The position numbers and the translations under genes were made by a program. A stretch of 64,000 nt of DNA from positions 303,223-367,222 of the IMG/VR virus record IMGVR_UViG_3300000976_000008, one strand, 5' to 3'. Every line of letters starts with the position of its first letter. Positions within the stretch are counted from its first letter, which is position 1. Shown here piece after piece: positions 39,028-49,134 of this stretch. Under the pieces are notes generated by a model. The model did no database searches. It saw only the letters and a list, made by a program, of their open reading frames with translations, and was not told the DNA's origin. This stretch comes from a virus. Lineage: Duplodnaviria; Heunggongvirae; Uroviricota; Caudoviricetes.

Positions 39028-39303
39028 TTACTCTTGTTTCGGGTCTTTTACGTTTCCTTGAATTGGAGCATTGATTTGGCCACCTTGTGAATCGATAACA
39101 ATCCCCGCTCTTTGAGCAGATATCACTAGAGCATTGACATTGTTTTCCATTACGCCAAGGGCACCATCCATTTTGGCAACATCGGTCATCATATCTGATA
39201 ATTTTTCAGCCATCAGTTTCATTTGATTTCGTAATTCAGTAACTTGTGCTTTCAGTGATTCGACATCGCCATGCATATTCCATAATCTATCATCTGCACT
39301 CAC
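39028..39303 (-). CDS. small coiled-coil protein
   Basis: GTG start after AAGGGAG; heptad pattern VESLKAQVTELRNQMKLMAEKLSDM. Confidence 0.6.
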   Translation of the reverse strand: MSADDRLWNMHGDVESLKAQVTELRNQMKLMAEKLSDMMTDVAKMDGALGVMENNVNALVISAQRAGIVIDSQGGQINAPIQGNVKDPKQE

Positions 39304-39324
39304 GCTTTCACTCCCTTGATAATC

Positions 39325-40248
39325 TTAATCGTTTTGAATAAGAGGACGTGCACTACCAATGATAAATCGCTCGTCACCTGAAATTACTTTCTGCAACCGC
39401 AGACTACAATCTTCATTTCGATAGTTGATATCAAGCCATATATTGTCTTCATGTGAATTTACAAAATCAACTATAGCTGTGTTTAATTCTGGAAGAAATT
39501 CTTTAATTGGTCGACCTACAATCGACAGTTCCATTTGACCAAAAGCGTCCGCAGCAGCTAATGACACATACCTAACAAGCAGTTCATGATCTAAGACCAC
39601 CATGATGTCGGGCATTCTGCGGAGAATTTCTTTCAAATGTGCTAATTCTTCTCCACCGTGGATCACCATTGATTCTACGGCGACAATTGACTTCTTATCA
39701 TATGAAACAATGAGACAGATGATAGTCGCTAAACTGAAAAACGCTACAATTCCTTCAGTCACTCTGTACCACCAGTGAGAAACACCAAGTTGAACTTCTT
39801 CGACATCGATTTCAACCATTAAAGCGTGTCTCTCACCTTTCCATTCAACAGGACCATAAGCACTGATTACTTGATACCCACGATAATCATCAATAATTCT
39901 TATGTCACTATTACCAGCTATTGCATTATTATAAGCAACAGTTTGTATTCTTAATTCATCTTTAACAGCGTTTTCCCAAAATCTTGGGTTCACTACAAAT
40001 GTGCCATCTTTCCGAGCCGAATAGATATCTAAAGATGTAAAAATGGTTTGTTCTCGAATAGGCAAAGCATCAGGTCCACCATCAGCATATGCCTCAGCAG
40101 CGGCGAGAAAAATTATCTCACAAAAATTTCCAGCATTGTCTAATGCCGCATTCTCACGATCTATAGATGCCAAATGATCAACGATCAATACAGCAATCAC
40201 ACATAGTATTGGGCAGAGTATTGCTCCAATCGCTGCTAATCTTTTCAT
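39325..40248 (-). CDS. membrane sensor-like protein: TM-Cache-like-TM-PAS, no output domain
   Basis: Two hydrophobic segments; DYRGYQVISAYGPV....HALMVEID (Cache-like); ILRRMPDIMVVLDHELLVRYVSLAAADAFG....IVGRPI.EFLPE (PAS). Confidence 0.75.
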   Translation of the reverse strand: MKRLAAIGAILCPILCVIAVLIVDHLASIDRENAALDNAGNFCEIIFLAAAEAYADGGPDALPIREQTIFTSLDIYSARKDGTFVVNPRFWENAVKDELRIQTVAYNNAIAGNSDIRIIDDYRGYQVISAYGPVEWKGERHALMVEIDVEEVQLGVSHWWYRVTEGIVAFFSLATIICLIVSYDKKSIVAVESMVIHGGEELAHLKEILRRMPDIMVVLDHELLVRYVSLAAADAFGQMELSIVGRPIKEFLPELNTAIVDFVNSHEDNIWLDINYRNEDCSLRLQKVISGDERFIIGSARPLIQND

Positions 40249-40351
40249 ATGTCTAGAATTATCTTAATCACAAAATTAATTGGTGCAGGTCAAGCATCTG
40301 ATGTAGCGGCGGGTGGATCTGCTCAAGGTGACGGAAACTTGCTTAATATTT

Positions 40352-43300
40352 CTATGATGTTTTTACTAAATGAACCCAATCTAAAGTGCCACCAGTACCA
40401 ATCCCGTAAATAATGTCGGCTTTGTTGGAACTAATTTGTGCAGCATAATTTTTACCTGCTACAAGCGGAACTTTATGAGCAATACCCATCAAACCTTGTG
40501 ATTCATTCGCGTCGACATTATCTCGATGCAACACCGCATTCCAAAAACCAACTTGGGGGTTAGCCCGAGTGATTGTGACGTTATCTGTTTTGTTATGCAC
40601 TCGCCATTGTGTGACGTTGTCCGTTTCGGCGGAAAGATGCACAACACGAGGATACAGATAAATCGAATACTCACCATCTTCAGGGACAGTGAAGTCCATC
40701 GACGTCGGTGCACCCCAGTTAGTGGCGGTAATAGTAACCTCACCGCTGGTTGCCATAAGGGCTGTTTCGGTGATCGTAGGTGATGTATACGAGACACCCA
40801 CTGCACCGCTAGCCAATTTGTAAATATGACCACGAGTACCAGCTGGGACAGGTTGACTTTGAGAGCCAGACCCAAACGCCACTCCTTCGCCATCGATAAC
40901 TAGCTCCATGCCATTACCAGCATTGAGCGTAGCAGCAGCCGTCGCATGGAATGGATAACCAAAATTGATCGGAGCTTCAGCTAAGATAGTATCAAGGTCC
41001 TGTGCACCACCCGGAAGGATCAACATATTCTCAATGTTTGTCGGCACTGTGAAGACAGTCTTCATAGCCAATTGACGAAGCTCGAAGAACGAGTAAACCA
41101 CATCAATTGCCGCATTAGTCTCAAGAGGTTCACGATAGCCCCAAGCTTCGGTACCACCTCCTTCAATGCGATAACCTGCGTGAACTCTATCACCTGCGGA
41201 TAAAACTAGAACATCTGTAACAAACTTGTCCTGATCCGCAGAACTCGCATCAAACGCAAGATCATGAATGTTGAAAACTTTGTGGATAACTCCATTAACA
41301 AAGATTGCTGCCAGTGGGCGATCGTCGGTTTCGACAGTAGAATCCAAAGCAGACGGTACCGCGATCTTTGCTTCGTACTTACCGTCGTTGGGCACAACCA
41401 TCGACGAGGTAGCATTCGTAGCAGTTGGGTTTTGTGACGCAGCATTGTTATCCACAAAGCCAGCGACCGTAGCAACCATCCCGCCGTCCATAATTGTCAC
41501 TTCGTTGAACGGATAGACACCGACACCACCTGTTGAAGTGGCCATTGTAATGTCTTCAATGTCCGCAGCGATCCCTTGGTTATTGTTCAGCTCCATACGA
41601 CCATGAGCAAGGTCAATTACAGGAACATCGTCAGGAGTGACAAATTCCTTAGTCGGAAGTTGTTCAATAAGCAAAGAACTTTGAAAAGTTGCACTTGAAG
41701 CTTGATTTTCACTTTGATCTGAACCAATACCCACTTCAATTGGGGAGGTCACATCGAAGATAGCTTCAATTGATCCATGGCTATTTGACCCTCCGATTTG
41801 TGCCGTGAATGGCCCCAACTTCACCCCATTCGTAAAGTCGTAAGCCGTCAACCCCACACTACCGCCCGTAGCAGCAAGTGCCATGTAAGCAGATGCTTTA
41901 TACCGACCGGGAGGAAGCAAGACAGTGTTGTTAGCGAATGTCCAAGGGTTGTTCGTAGACTGTGCGTGCAGTGCATCAAACTCAGTTTGGAACGCACCAT
42001 TTACCGACGACGTAGCATTCGGCCCGATCGTGTCCTTAATCTGCATGTAATGCAACGCTGATGCGGTAAGCGGTGAATCTGAGATCGAAGATTCTGTAAG
42101 CAACCATGCTTCGATAAGTCCTTCCACGTCGCTACAGACTCTTGCTGTAAGAATGCTGCCTGCTTGAAGCCTCTGGTTGTTGTTTGAAGCTACTGATCGA
42201 ATATCAAAATCAAACGCTGTGTTGGCTGGAATGGTCACTTTGGCGGGCGTTTGAATTGTGCCTTGACCGAACACGCCTGACGTACCAGAAACCGTACCAA
42301 CAGGATCACCGTTGAGAACATCGCGGAAATGGTACAACCGGTCAATGGTATTACCAGTTCCTGCTGTTTTGAAGTCCGCAACCAGTTCTACCGAGTGGTT
42401 TGGTGTTGTTCCCGAGATTCGCCCTGTTGTATTGTCATAGGCGAATCCAAAATCGTAGATCTGGGCTTGTAACTGGTTTTCGATGTCGAACAGACTATTA
42501 CCAGAACCTTGCCCACCTACGTTGTCGGCAAAAGCAGTCACGGTGAACACGTCAACACATGGGGTTTCCGGTTCAGTCAGACCAAAGATGAAATTAAACT
42601 GCTCTTGAGATATTGTGATTGCCGACCCCGTATTGGTCATGTCGTTCCAAGTATGGGCAGGAAAATCGGCGACTGGCGTGGTTGTCGGAAGAAATTGGCC
42701 AACGCCAATTGTAGCATAAGTGAGTACTCCATTTGTGTTTGTCACTTCAATCTGCACACCCAGAATGAAGTTATTTTGCACGTCTCGTTGATAGCCGACA
42801 CCCATCAAGTAAAGCGTTTTGGTTTTGCCGTTTTCAAACTGAACTGATTCGAGTGCAGTTGCACTATCAGCAGTGTCGGTCAATTTGAAGAACGGATCAT
42901 TAATTTGCAGGGCGTTGGCCGTCCAATTAAAGACTTGTAAGGTCGAAGGATTGACGCCAGTTTGTTGAGTGATTAGGAACCGGTCGGTATCTTGCAGTTC
43001 CAACGGAACATAGTTCAGGTCGATCTCTCGTACCGTTAACGTGCCCGTAGCACCGTTGTTTGAACTCAGTGAACCTGTCAGCCCATAATCTGCGTAGATT
43101 TGTCGTAATGTAGCTGTGAAACCATTCAGCAGCTTGATAATTGTTGTTACTTGGTTGCCAACCCGAACATTTGAGACAACCTCAACACGTGCTGCGTTAC
43201 CAGTCACGGCGGTACCTAATGACGGTTCAAGAATAACATCCGCCACGCCTCCATTAACCACATATCGCATCGCAGAAGTATGAACTGCAGAAGGATCAAT

Positions 43301-46300
43301 ATCCCAAATCAATTTCCATTGATTACCCGCTTCAACAGGAGCGTCAATATCCGTTTCCAGATATGACCAGTCACCTGCGGGGCCGTCGAGCGTTACGAAC
43401 GGCCCGTGGGCGTCTATACCTTTAACAATACCGAGTGAACCTTGATGTGTAAACTCGTCAATCTGTAAATGGATATCTGCTGTTTCTAAAGGTACTATTC
43501 TACGCACTTCAACAGACAGTAAGTCAAACTTGTCCGTTGTTGCACCATCAATTCCGATAAGAAAGCTAGTGAAGTTTGCATTTGCCGGTACTCGCCATTC
43601 AACAGTAGCGACATCGTCATCAACACTTTGCGATAGAATGACCGGCAAAGGTGCACTCCCAGCTCTCGAAGCTGTGGCAGTGCCCGTATCTATGTCTAAA
43701 TTAATATCGGACACATTGGACGGCCACGCAGTGCGGAAAGTGATCGTGCCTGTGTCTGCAGGATCAATCACCCACTTCGCTTTGTAGATTTTATCTTCTG
43801 CAACTGCTATGTCTGATAAGTCAGTAGTCCGCCTTTGCGGGAATGAACCGGTGCCATCATATGTGATGCGAGTGATCGGAATTCCCTGTCTGTCTTCCTC
43901 CAAGGTTTCAACTGTAGTGTTGTTATTGGTGTCATCCCAAGTAGAGATAGCTTGCGTCAAAAACGTCGAAGGTTCTACTGACTGATTTAGTGCGGCAACC
44001 GATCTAATCCTTGCTATCGGATTTACAACGGTCGATCCCCCACCAGCACCAAGACGAACATGCACAGCCCCGGCATCAATATGGGCTTGAGTGATTTCGA
44101 AAATATGCGACTTGCTCAAGGCTGTGGGCGAGATACGGTCGGCAACGACCTGTACTGGGAGGATATCAACACCACCCACTGTCGTACCAATTGAGATAAA
44201 TCCGCTTGGCGTAGTGCTACCCGTCACGTCGTCAGCCGACAAATCCGCTACATAAAAACCCGGCACATCAAAAGTGATTGTGTAATCGTACGGAGTAGCG
44301 TTTGGCACACTTATTTGTGGATCGGCAGTCTCATCAAGTAGCGATATAGCCCAATTTGTGGTGGCAGACTCTACTTGGTGAAGCGGAATAATATCAACTT
44401 CGCCGTTAGATCCAGAAATTTTCCACAATCGACCTCTTTCCAAGGCCACTTGAGTTCCACCAGTTCCAGCAATATCAAACGCTTCTGTTCCATCAACATT
44501 CCACATTTGCTTATTGTTGTAAAATGCTACTGTAATTCGAGCATCATCAACTGTTGGATAAACAAAAAATGTTCTATCGCCGAGAGTTGATCCAACAAAT
44601 GTAATTGCATTGGCTGGTGTTGCATTACCATGAACCAAAATTTTACCAGCATCAGCCACAGTTGCAGAATAACCACCGGCTGGAATAATATCTTGGCCAT
44701 TTGAAGGGAAAGTGTCTAAGAAAGTAATATCCAAGCTTTCTTCTTCTTGAATCTTTCTAAAATCAGCATCAACATAAGCACCAGATGTTCCAGTGCCCAA
44801 ATAACGATATAGAACCCAACCAGAATCGACAGTCGAATCAGCAGTTCCATCGGCGACAAAAATTTTATCGCCCAATGTCAAATCAGTTAAAAGATTTCTA
44901 TCGGCATTATTCGCAACATCATGTTCTGCTGTTCCAAGGCTGTTGATTTTTTCATTTAAAAGTCTACCTTGATTGGCAGACAATGCAGATGCAGTATCAG
45001 TACTTGTAAGAGAGTCAATAACTCCCACACCCAATGGAACTAACGTATCATCGTTGTCTACTTGATACGTGGTGTTCCCAATGCGAACAGCACAAACACC
45101 AGTTTGAAGTTCCAACATATAAGGATCAAGCAACAATCCTGTTGGTTCTAAAATAAATGCATAAAGACCAACTTGATAAGTTGTGCCACTAGAACTTCCA
45201 GCACCAGCTGTGGTGTTCCAGAAGTACATGTTCGCGTTTGCATTATTATTCAACGCTGGTTCAGCAGCAGTAAAATCAATTTCCCCACCGTCAACTTTTA
45301 CAATCGATGGATTGTCGTAGTATGGAACATTGCTATTACCAAACCAACCATCTGATGCTCGACGTTGACGCGGCATACCCACGTCACCATTGATCGAATG
45401 TTTAGAGTTACCTTCGTATGCTTGCAATATGCCATCAGAACTAACTTGAAGACCTGTTTGTTCAACTTGCGTAGTTCCATCAATAGCGTAACCATAAGCA
45501 GTTACATCGAATTGATCATCACCATAAATGAATTCATATGTATCTGAGCCTACACTATTTTGTTTAATAAATCGATGCTCATCGAAGCTTCCTGTAGCAA
45601 ACGTGTGAGTACGTGGGCCATCTGATTGTAGATCAGCTGACATGATGTTAGGTGGTACAGCACTGGCGTTACTTTCTTTGGTTACTCGCCATCCGTTTGT
45701 AGGAGCATCATCAATGAAAGCATTGCCCGTAAATGGTGCAGCTCCACCACCACCAGCCCATGTGAGAATATCAAGTATTGCTGTAGTCTGAGTAGTTTGA
45801 TTACGAACATAGATAGGATCAACATTAACCGGTGTTCCACCACCGCCAATTTCATCACCCCAAGTACCGAAGTTCGTTCCGTCTGTGCTCCATTCAAGGG
45901 CACCAAAAGCGTTAGTGAATCCAACACCACCGCCTGCCCTGACTAACTCCAAATCACCAGCCGCAATTACCCACGCTGCTGTTTCATCACCAACAATAGT
46001 TAAAACTGGAACAACTACTTGAGCAATTGCAGTTAATTGATCTCCCGCTTGGCATTGAGAAATATCAAGATCACCAACAATCGGATCAGATGATGTTATA
46101 ACACCACCGTTAGTTGGATCAACAACGTTAAGATACACAACCTTGTCTTGAGTATATGTTCCAAGATCATAATTCGCAACCGCAACAGATGCATCAAGAT
46201 CAATCGTGGACGATGTAACAGTATTCGTTGTGTAAGCGATTGCAATACTTCCGCCTACATGCGAGACATAACCTTGCACGCCTCCCGGTATTGCGTACGG

Positions 46301-49051
46301 CGATAAATTACCACCAGTAGCATCACCATTGATGATAGCACCAAAACCACCGGCTACAGCAGTCGTTAATGACGCACCAGCTTGATCTACTTGGAAATGG
46401 TAAGCAACATTCTCAGGGAAATTTGTAAGCAGAGCATCTAAGTCAACAGTGCCAGCAAAGAACGTACGATTTGCTGATGAAGCACCCAGCGGTTTACCAT
46501 TGAGTTTCCAATCTCCTCGCAAGCAACCACCGACGCCGATATCGTTCTCGATCGATGAGCCGGTTGCACCAACGACGCCGATTTCAAGCTCTGACGGACG
46601 AAAGCCCTGTGCTGTGTCAGCAACAGGTGTTTGCCATCGCAAATGCGTAAATGCAGTTTCAGTATCGAGGCACGGTGTGATAGTCTCCAACGGTGGCGTC
46701 GTCGCATCACCTGTCTGCGTGACCGGGATCGTACCAGTAATGTCTACGAAATTCGTGCCGTCCGTCGAACCAAGGATGCGGAACGCAGCAGAAGCATTCG
46801 TACGTGCTTCCGACAACTTCGAGTACATGCGGAATTCTTTGAGCCTCACCGGAGCTGGGAGGTTGTACGTGAAGAATCCATTGGTGTTTGCGACAAAGTA
46901 ACTGTTCGACCCGAAACTACTCCGGTCGCCATCAACCATCGCACCAGCACCTCCAGGCAGGAAACTGTTCCCACCCGCAATCGTCGACCGGTTACCAACT
47001 GAAATTGCGTTTGTATAGTCCTCGTCACCATCAATGGTCGGAACCGCATCGTCGTTAAGTACGAAGCTAGTCGCTGACCCAGTGTCATAGACATGAAGCG
47101 GAATAATATCGACTTCGCCATTGCTACCAGCAATTTTCCACAAGCGTCCAGCTTCAAGAGTAACTTGAGTACCACCAGTGCCAGCTATATCTAATGTCGC
47201 TGTGCCATCAACAGCCCACATTCTTTTGTGATCATAAAAGGCAACTGTAATTCTAGCATCATCAACTGTTGGATAAACAAAGAATGCCCTATCGCCGAGA
47301 TTAGATCCTACAAAAGTGATCGCATTAGTTGATGTAGCATTTCCATGGACTAAGATTTTACCCGCATCAGCAGCTGTTACAGAATAACCACCAGCTGGTA
47401 TTATCTCTTGACGGTTCGAAGGATAAGAATCCAATGCAGCCGCAAACTCTGCTTCACCTTGAGCGTTCAGGAGAGTAAGCACATCTCCAGCATTTGCATT
47501 GCCTAATTTGACACCTCTGGACTTCAAGAAAATCTGAGCTTCACCAAGAGAACTTGGTTCGCCAGAATTGTCAATAGTGAAACCAACTTTACCTGAAGCT
47601 GAACTAGTGTCACCAGTTAATGATGCTTCATTGCCATCAATACGCATCTCTCCAGCAACACCGTTTGGATTACCATTGTTGGCTGAGGCAACAACACTAC
47701 CCAAACCAACATTCAAGTCACCTTCAGCACCTGGGATGAATGAACTGGTGACGTTAATATCAACATTTCCACCAGTAACATTGATGTCTAACGGACCAAC
47801 ATCATTCCACGTCTGACCGAATCCAGCGAAGTCTTGAGTGTGGTTCGCATCAGCTGTTGTATCGGCTGTTGTGATACCACTAGGAGGAACAGGAGCATTT
47901 TCTTTTGCATACCATGATCCATCAAAATATGTGAAGTCCGTCTTTTGGTTTGGTTCAATAGTGACATCAGCACCAGCAAGTCCGGTGACGTCGTACGCAG
48001 CGGCACCAGTGTTCACAATAGAAATTATCTCTTGAGATCCAGCATAGTCAGCAGAGATATCATAATTTGAGTTGAAATGTTCGACGATTTCAACTTCTGG
48101 ATCGATTACGACTGCACCAACTTCACCATTAACTGATAATACTAAATCAGTATTATCATACTTGATGAAATCAGAACCATCATCGTTGCTACTAGTAACG
48201 CCATTGGTAACGACTAGTTTATCATTAGTGTGAACAGTGATTGGGTTCGTAGTACCAATAGCTGTTCCGTCGGGGTGTGCATTAACAATTAACCATGACT
48301 TACCAGTAGCTTCTCCTGTCGGGAGTGTGAAAGTAGCCGCTCCACCAACATCGAGATTCAATGGTACTTGAATACCTGTTGGCACTGAGCTTATTGTTGA
48401 ATCAACGTAAGCCTTAACAGATTGTTGAGTAGGGATTCTTTGATCAGAATCCGATGCCATATTATCTTCATCAATCACACTAGCGGAACTGATGACTTTA
48501 TTGGCTGTGCTCGATGTGATATCTGCTGGTTGGGCGACCGGAGTTTGGTGCAATCCATCCGATCCAGCAATTGTTGCATTATTAGGGTCGGAACTTGGTG
48601 CTTGTGCTGCGTGCTTGTGATCTGTGTGAGCTGCCACCCCTGAAGAACCACCAGCACCAATTGCATCATCAGAAGCTGTCGTGGCCGCACCAAAACTAGT
48701 CGGTGCTGGAAGAGGAGCTTCTGAGAGGGCGTTGCCAGTCGCATCATATATTACGGCATATCCAGGTGTGCCTGGGACTGGTGCTCCAGTTCCTGTGGAT
48801 GGACCACCGCTGCCAGTGCCAGTACCACCAATATCAACTAGACTTGGATCACTAAAGCGTGGGTCCAATCTAACTACTGAAGAATTTACATTAGCTCTAG
48901 AGTTAAAGAATACTTTAAGAGCATCATGTTGCTCAGCAGTCATATCACTGATGATTTCAAGCTTATCATCAATCAACAATTCAACAACTGAATTATCATC
49001 AAAGGTTACTGTTGCACCAGCACCTTTTTGAATGTATCCGGTTACTTCCAT
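40352..49051 (-). CDS. giant modular tail-fibre / receptor-binding protein (~2900 aa)
   Basis: Likely start MEVTG at 49051. Fibre motifs PTQQSVKAYVD, VLSVNG.VGAV and DSLTSTDTASALSANQGRLLNEKI; discoidin-like segment FRILGSTDGTNF; several C1q-like DG.Y.....V segments. Confidence 0.8.
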   Translation of the reverse strand: MEVTGYIQKGAGATVTFDDNSVVELLIDDKLEIISDMTAEQHDALKVFFNSRANVNSSVVRLDPRFSDPSLVDIGGTGTGSGGPSTGTGAPVPGTPGYAVIYDATGNALSEAPLPAPTSFGAATTASDDAIGAGGSSGVAAHTDHKHAAQAPSSDPNNATIAGSDGLHQTPVAQPADITSSTANKVISSASVIDEDNMASDSDQRIPTQQSVKAYVDSTISSVPTGIQVPLNLDVGGAATFTLPTGEATGKSWLIVNAHPDGTAIGTTNPITVHTNDKLVVTNGVTSSNDDGSDFIKYDNTDLVLSVNGEVGAVVIDPEVEIVEHFNSNYDISADYAGSQEIISIVNTGAAAYDVTGLAGADVTIEPNQKTDFTYFDGSWYAKENAPVPPSGITTADTTADANHTQDFAGFGQTWNDVGPLDINVTGGNVDINVTSSFIPGAEGDLNVGLGSVVASANNGNPNGVAGEMRIDGNEASLTGDTSSASGKVGFTIDNSGEPSSLGEAQIFLKSRGVKLGNANAGDVLTLLNAQGEAEFAAALDSYPSNRQEIIPAGGYSVTAADAGKILVHGNATSTNAITFVGSNLGDRAFFVYPTVDDARITVAFYDHKRMWAVDGTATLDIAGTGGTQVTLEAGRLWKIAGSNGEVDIIPLHVYDTGSATSFVLNDDAVPTIDGDEDYTNAISVGNRSTIAGGNSFLPGGAGAMVDGDRSSFGSNSYFVANTNGFFTYNLPAPVRLKEFRMYSKLSEARTNASAAFRILGSTDGTNFVDITGTIPVTQTGDATTPPLETITPCLDTETAFTHLRWQTPVADTAQGFRPSELEIGVVGATGSSIENDIGVGGCLRGDWKLNGKPLGASSANRTFFAGTVDLDALLTNFPENVAYHFQVDQAGASLTTAVAGGFGAIINGDATGGNLSPYAIPGGVQGYVSHVGGSIAIAYTTNTVTSSTIDLDASVAVANYDLGTYTQDKVVYLNVVDPTNGGVITSSDPIVGDLDISQCQAGDQLTAIAQVVVPVLTIVGDETAAWVIAAGDLELVRAGGGVGFTNAFGALEWSTDGTNFGTWGDEIGGGGTPVNVDPIYVRNQTTQTTAILDILTWAGGGGAAPFTGNAFIDDAPTNGWRVTKESNASAVPPNIMSADLQSDGPRTHTFATGSFDEHRFIKQNSVGSDTYEFIYGDDQFDVTAYGYAIDGTTQVEQTGLQVSSDGILQAYEGNSKHSINGDVGMPRQRRASDGWFGNSNVPYYDNPSIVKVDGGEIDFTAAEPALNNNANANMYFWNTTAGAGSSSGTTYQVGLYAFILEPTGLLLDPYMLELQTGVCAVRIGNTTYQVDNDDTLVPLGVGVIDSLTSTDTASALSANQGRLLNEKINSLGTAEHDVANNADRNLLTDLTLGDKIFVADGTADSTVDSGWVLYRYLGTGTSGAYVDADFRKIQEEESLDITFLDTFPSNGQDIIPAGGYSATVADAGKILVHGNATPANAITFVGSTLGDRTFFVYPTVDDARITVAFYNNKQMWNVDGTEAFDIAGTGGTQVALERGRLWKISGSNGEVDIIPLHQVESATTNWAISLLDETADPQISVPNATPYDYTITFDVPGFYVADLSADDVTGSTTPSGFISIGTTVGGVDILPVQVVADRISPTALSKSHIFEITQAHIDAGAVHVRLGAGGGSTVVNPIARIRSVAALNQSVEPSTFLTQAISTWDDTNNNTTVETLEEDRQGIPITRITYDGTGSFPQRRTTDLSDIAVAEDKIYKAKWVIDPADTGTITFRTAWPSNVSDINLDIDTGTATASRAGSAPLPVILSQSVDDDVATVEWRVPANANFTSFLIGIDGATTDKFDLLSVEVRRIVPLETADIHLQIDEFTHQGSLGIVKGIDAHGPFVTLDGPAGDWSYLETDIDAPVEAGNQWKLIWDIDPSAVHTSAMRYVVNGGVADVILEPSLGTAVTGNAARVEVVSNVRVGNQVTTIIKLLNGFTATLRQIYADYGLTGSLSSNNGATGTLTVREIDLNYVPLELQDTDRFLITQQTGVNPSTLQVFNWTANALQINDPFFKLTDTADSATALESVQFENGKTKTLYLMGVGYQRDVQNNFILGVQIEVTNTNGVLTYATIGVGQFLPTTTPVADFPAHTWNDMTNTGSAITISQEQFNFIFGLTEPETPCVDVFTVTAFADNVGGQGSGNSLFDIENQLQAQIYDFGFAYDNTTGRISGTTPNHSVELVADFKTAGTGNTIDRLYHFRDVLNGDPVGTVSGTSGVFGQGTIQTPAKVTIPANTAFDFDIRSVASNNNQRLQAGSILTARVCSDVEGLIEAWLLTESSISDSPLTASALHYMQIKDTIGPNATSSVNGAFQTEFDALHAQSTNNPWTFANNTVLLPPGRYKASAYMALAATGGSVGLTAYDFTNGVKLGPFTAQIGGSNSHGSIEAIFDVTSPIEVGIGSDQSENQASSATFQSSLLIEQLPTKEFVTPDDVPVIDLAHGRMELNNNQGIAADIEDITMATSTGGVGVYPFNEVTIMDGGMVATVAGFVDNNAASQNPTATNATSSMVVPNDGKYEAKIAVPSALDSTVETDDRPLAAIFVNGVIHKVFNIHDLAFDASSADQDKFVTDVLVLSAGDRVHAGYRIEGGGTEAWGYREPLETNAAIDVVYSFFELRQLAMKTVFTVPTNIENMLILPGGAQDLDTILAEAPINFGYPFHATAAATLNAGNGMELVIDGEGVAFGSGSQSQPVPAGTRGHIYKLASGAVGVSYTSPTITETALMATSGEVTITATNWGAPTSMDFTVPEDGEYSIYLYPRVVHLSAETDNVTQWRVHNKTDNVTITRANPQVGFWNAVLHRDNVDANESQGLMGIAHKVPLVAGKNYAAQISSNKADIIYGIGTGGTLDWVHLVKTS
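44375..47435 (-). repeat. duplicated ~110-aa module in the giant fibre (copies ~44375-44720 and ~47090-47435)
   Basis: PSN.Q.IIPAGGYS.T.ADAGKILVHGNAT..NAITFVGS.LGDR.FFVYPTVDDARITVAFY...GSNGEVDIIPLH occurs twice. Confidence 0.9.
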
Positions 49052-49083
49052 TTTTATACCGCCCAAAGAATTTACGCAAAGAT

Positions 49084-49115
49084 AGCACAAATTAATTTTG
49101 AAGAAAATTTGTGCT
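49084..49115. promoter_or_regulatory. 10-bp perfect inverted repeat between divergent fibre genes
   Basis: AGCACAAATT-N12-AATTTGTGCT. Confidence 0.45.
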
Positions 49116-49134
49116 CATCATAGAGGCAATCAAC

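Noticed and set aside
40249-40415. Short plus-strand frame MSRIILITKLIGAGQASDVAAGGSAQGDGN...
   Set aside because: No RBS, starts back-to-back with the sensor gene and overlaps the fibre gene end; unsupported.
44375-47435. Duplicated module as a diversity-generating retroelement TR/VR pair
   Set aside because: Differences are mostly synonymous and not adenine-specific, both copies are in-frame coding, and no reverse transcriptase is seen in the window.
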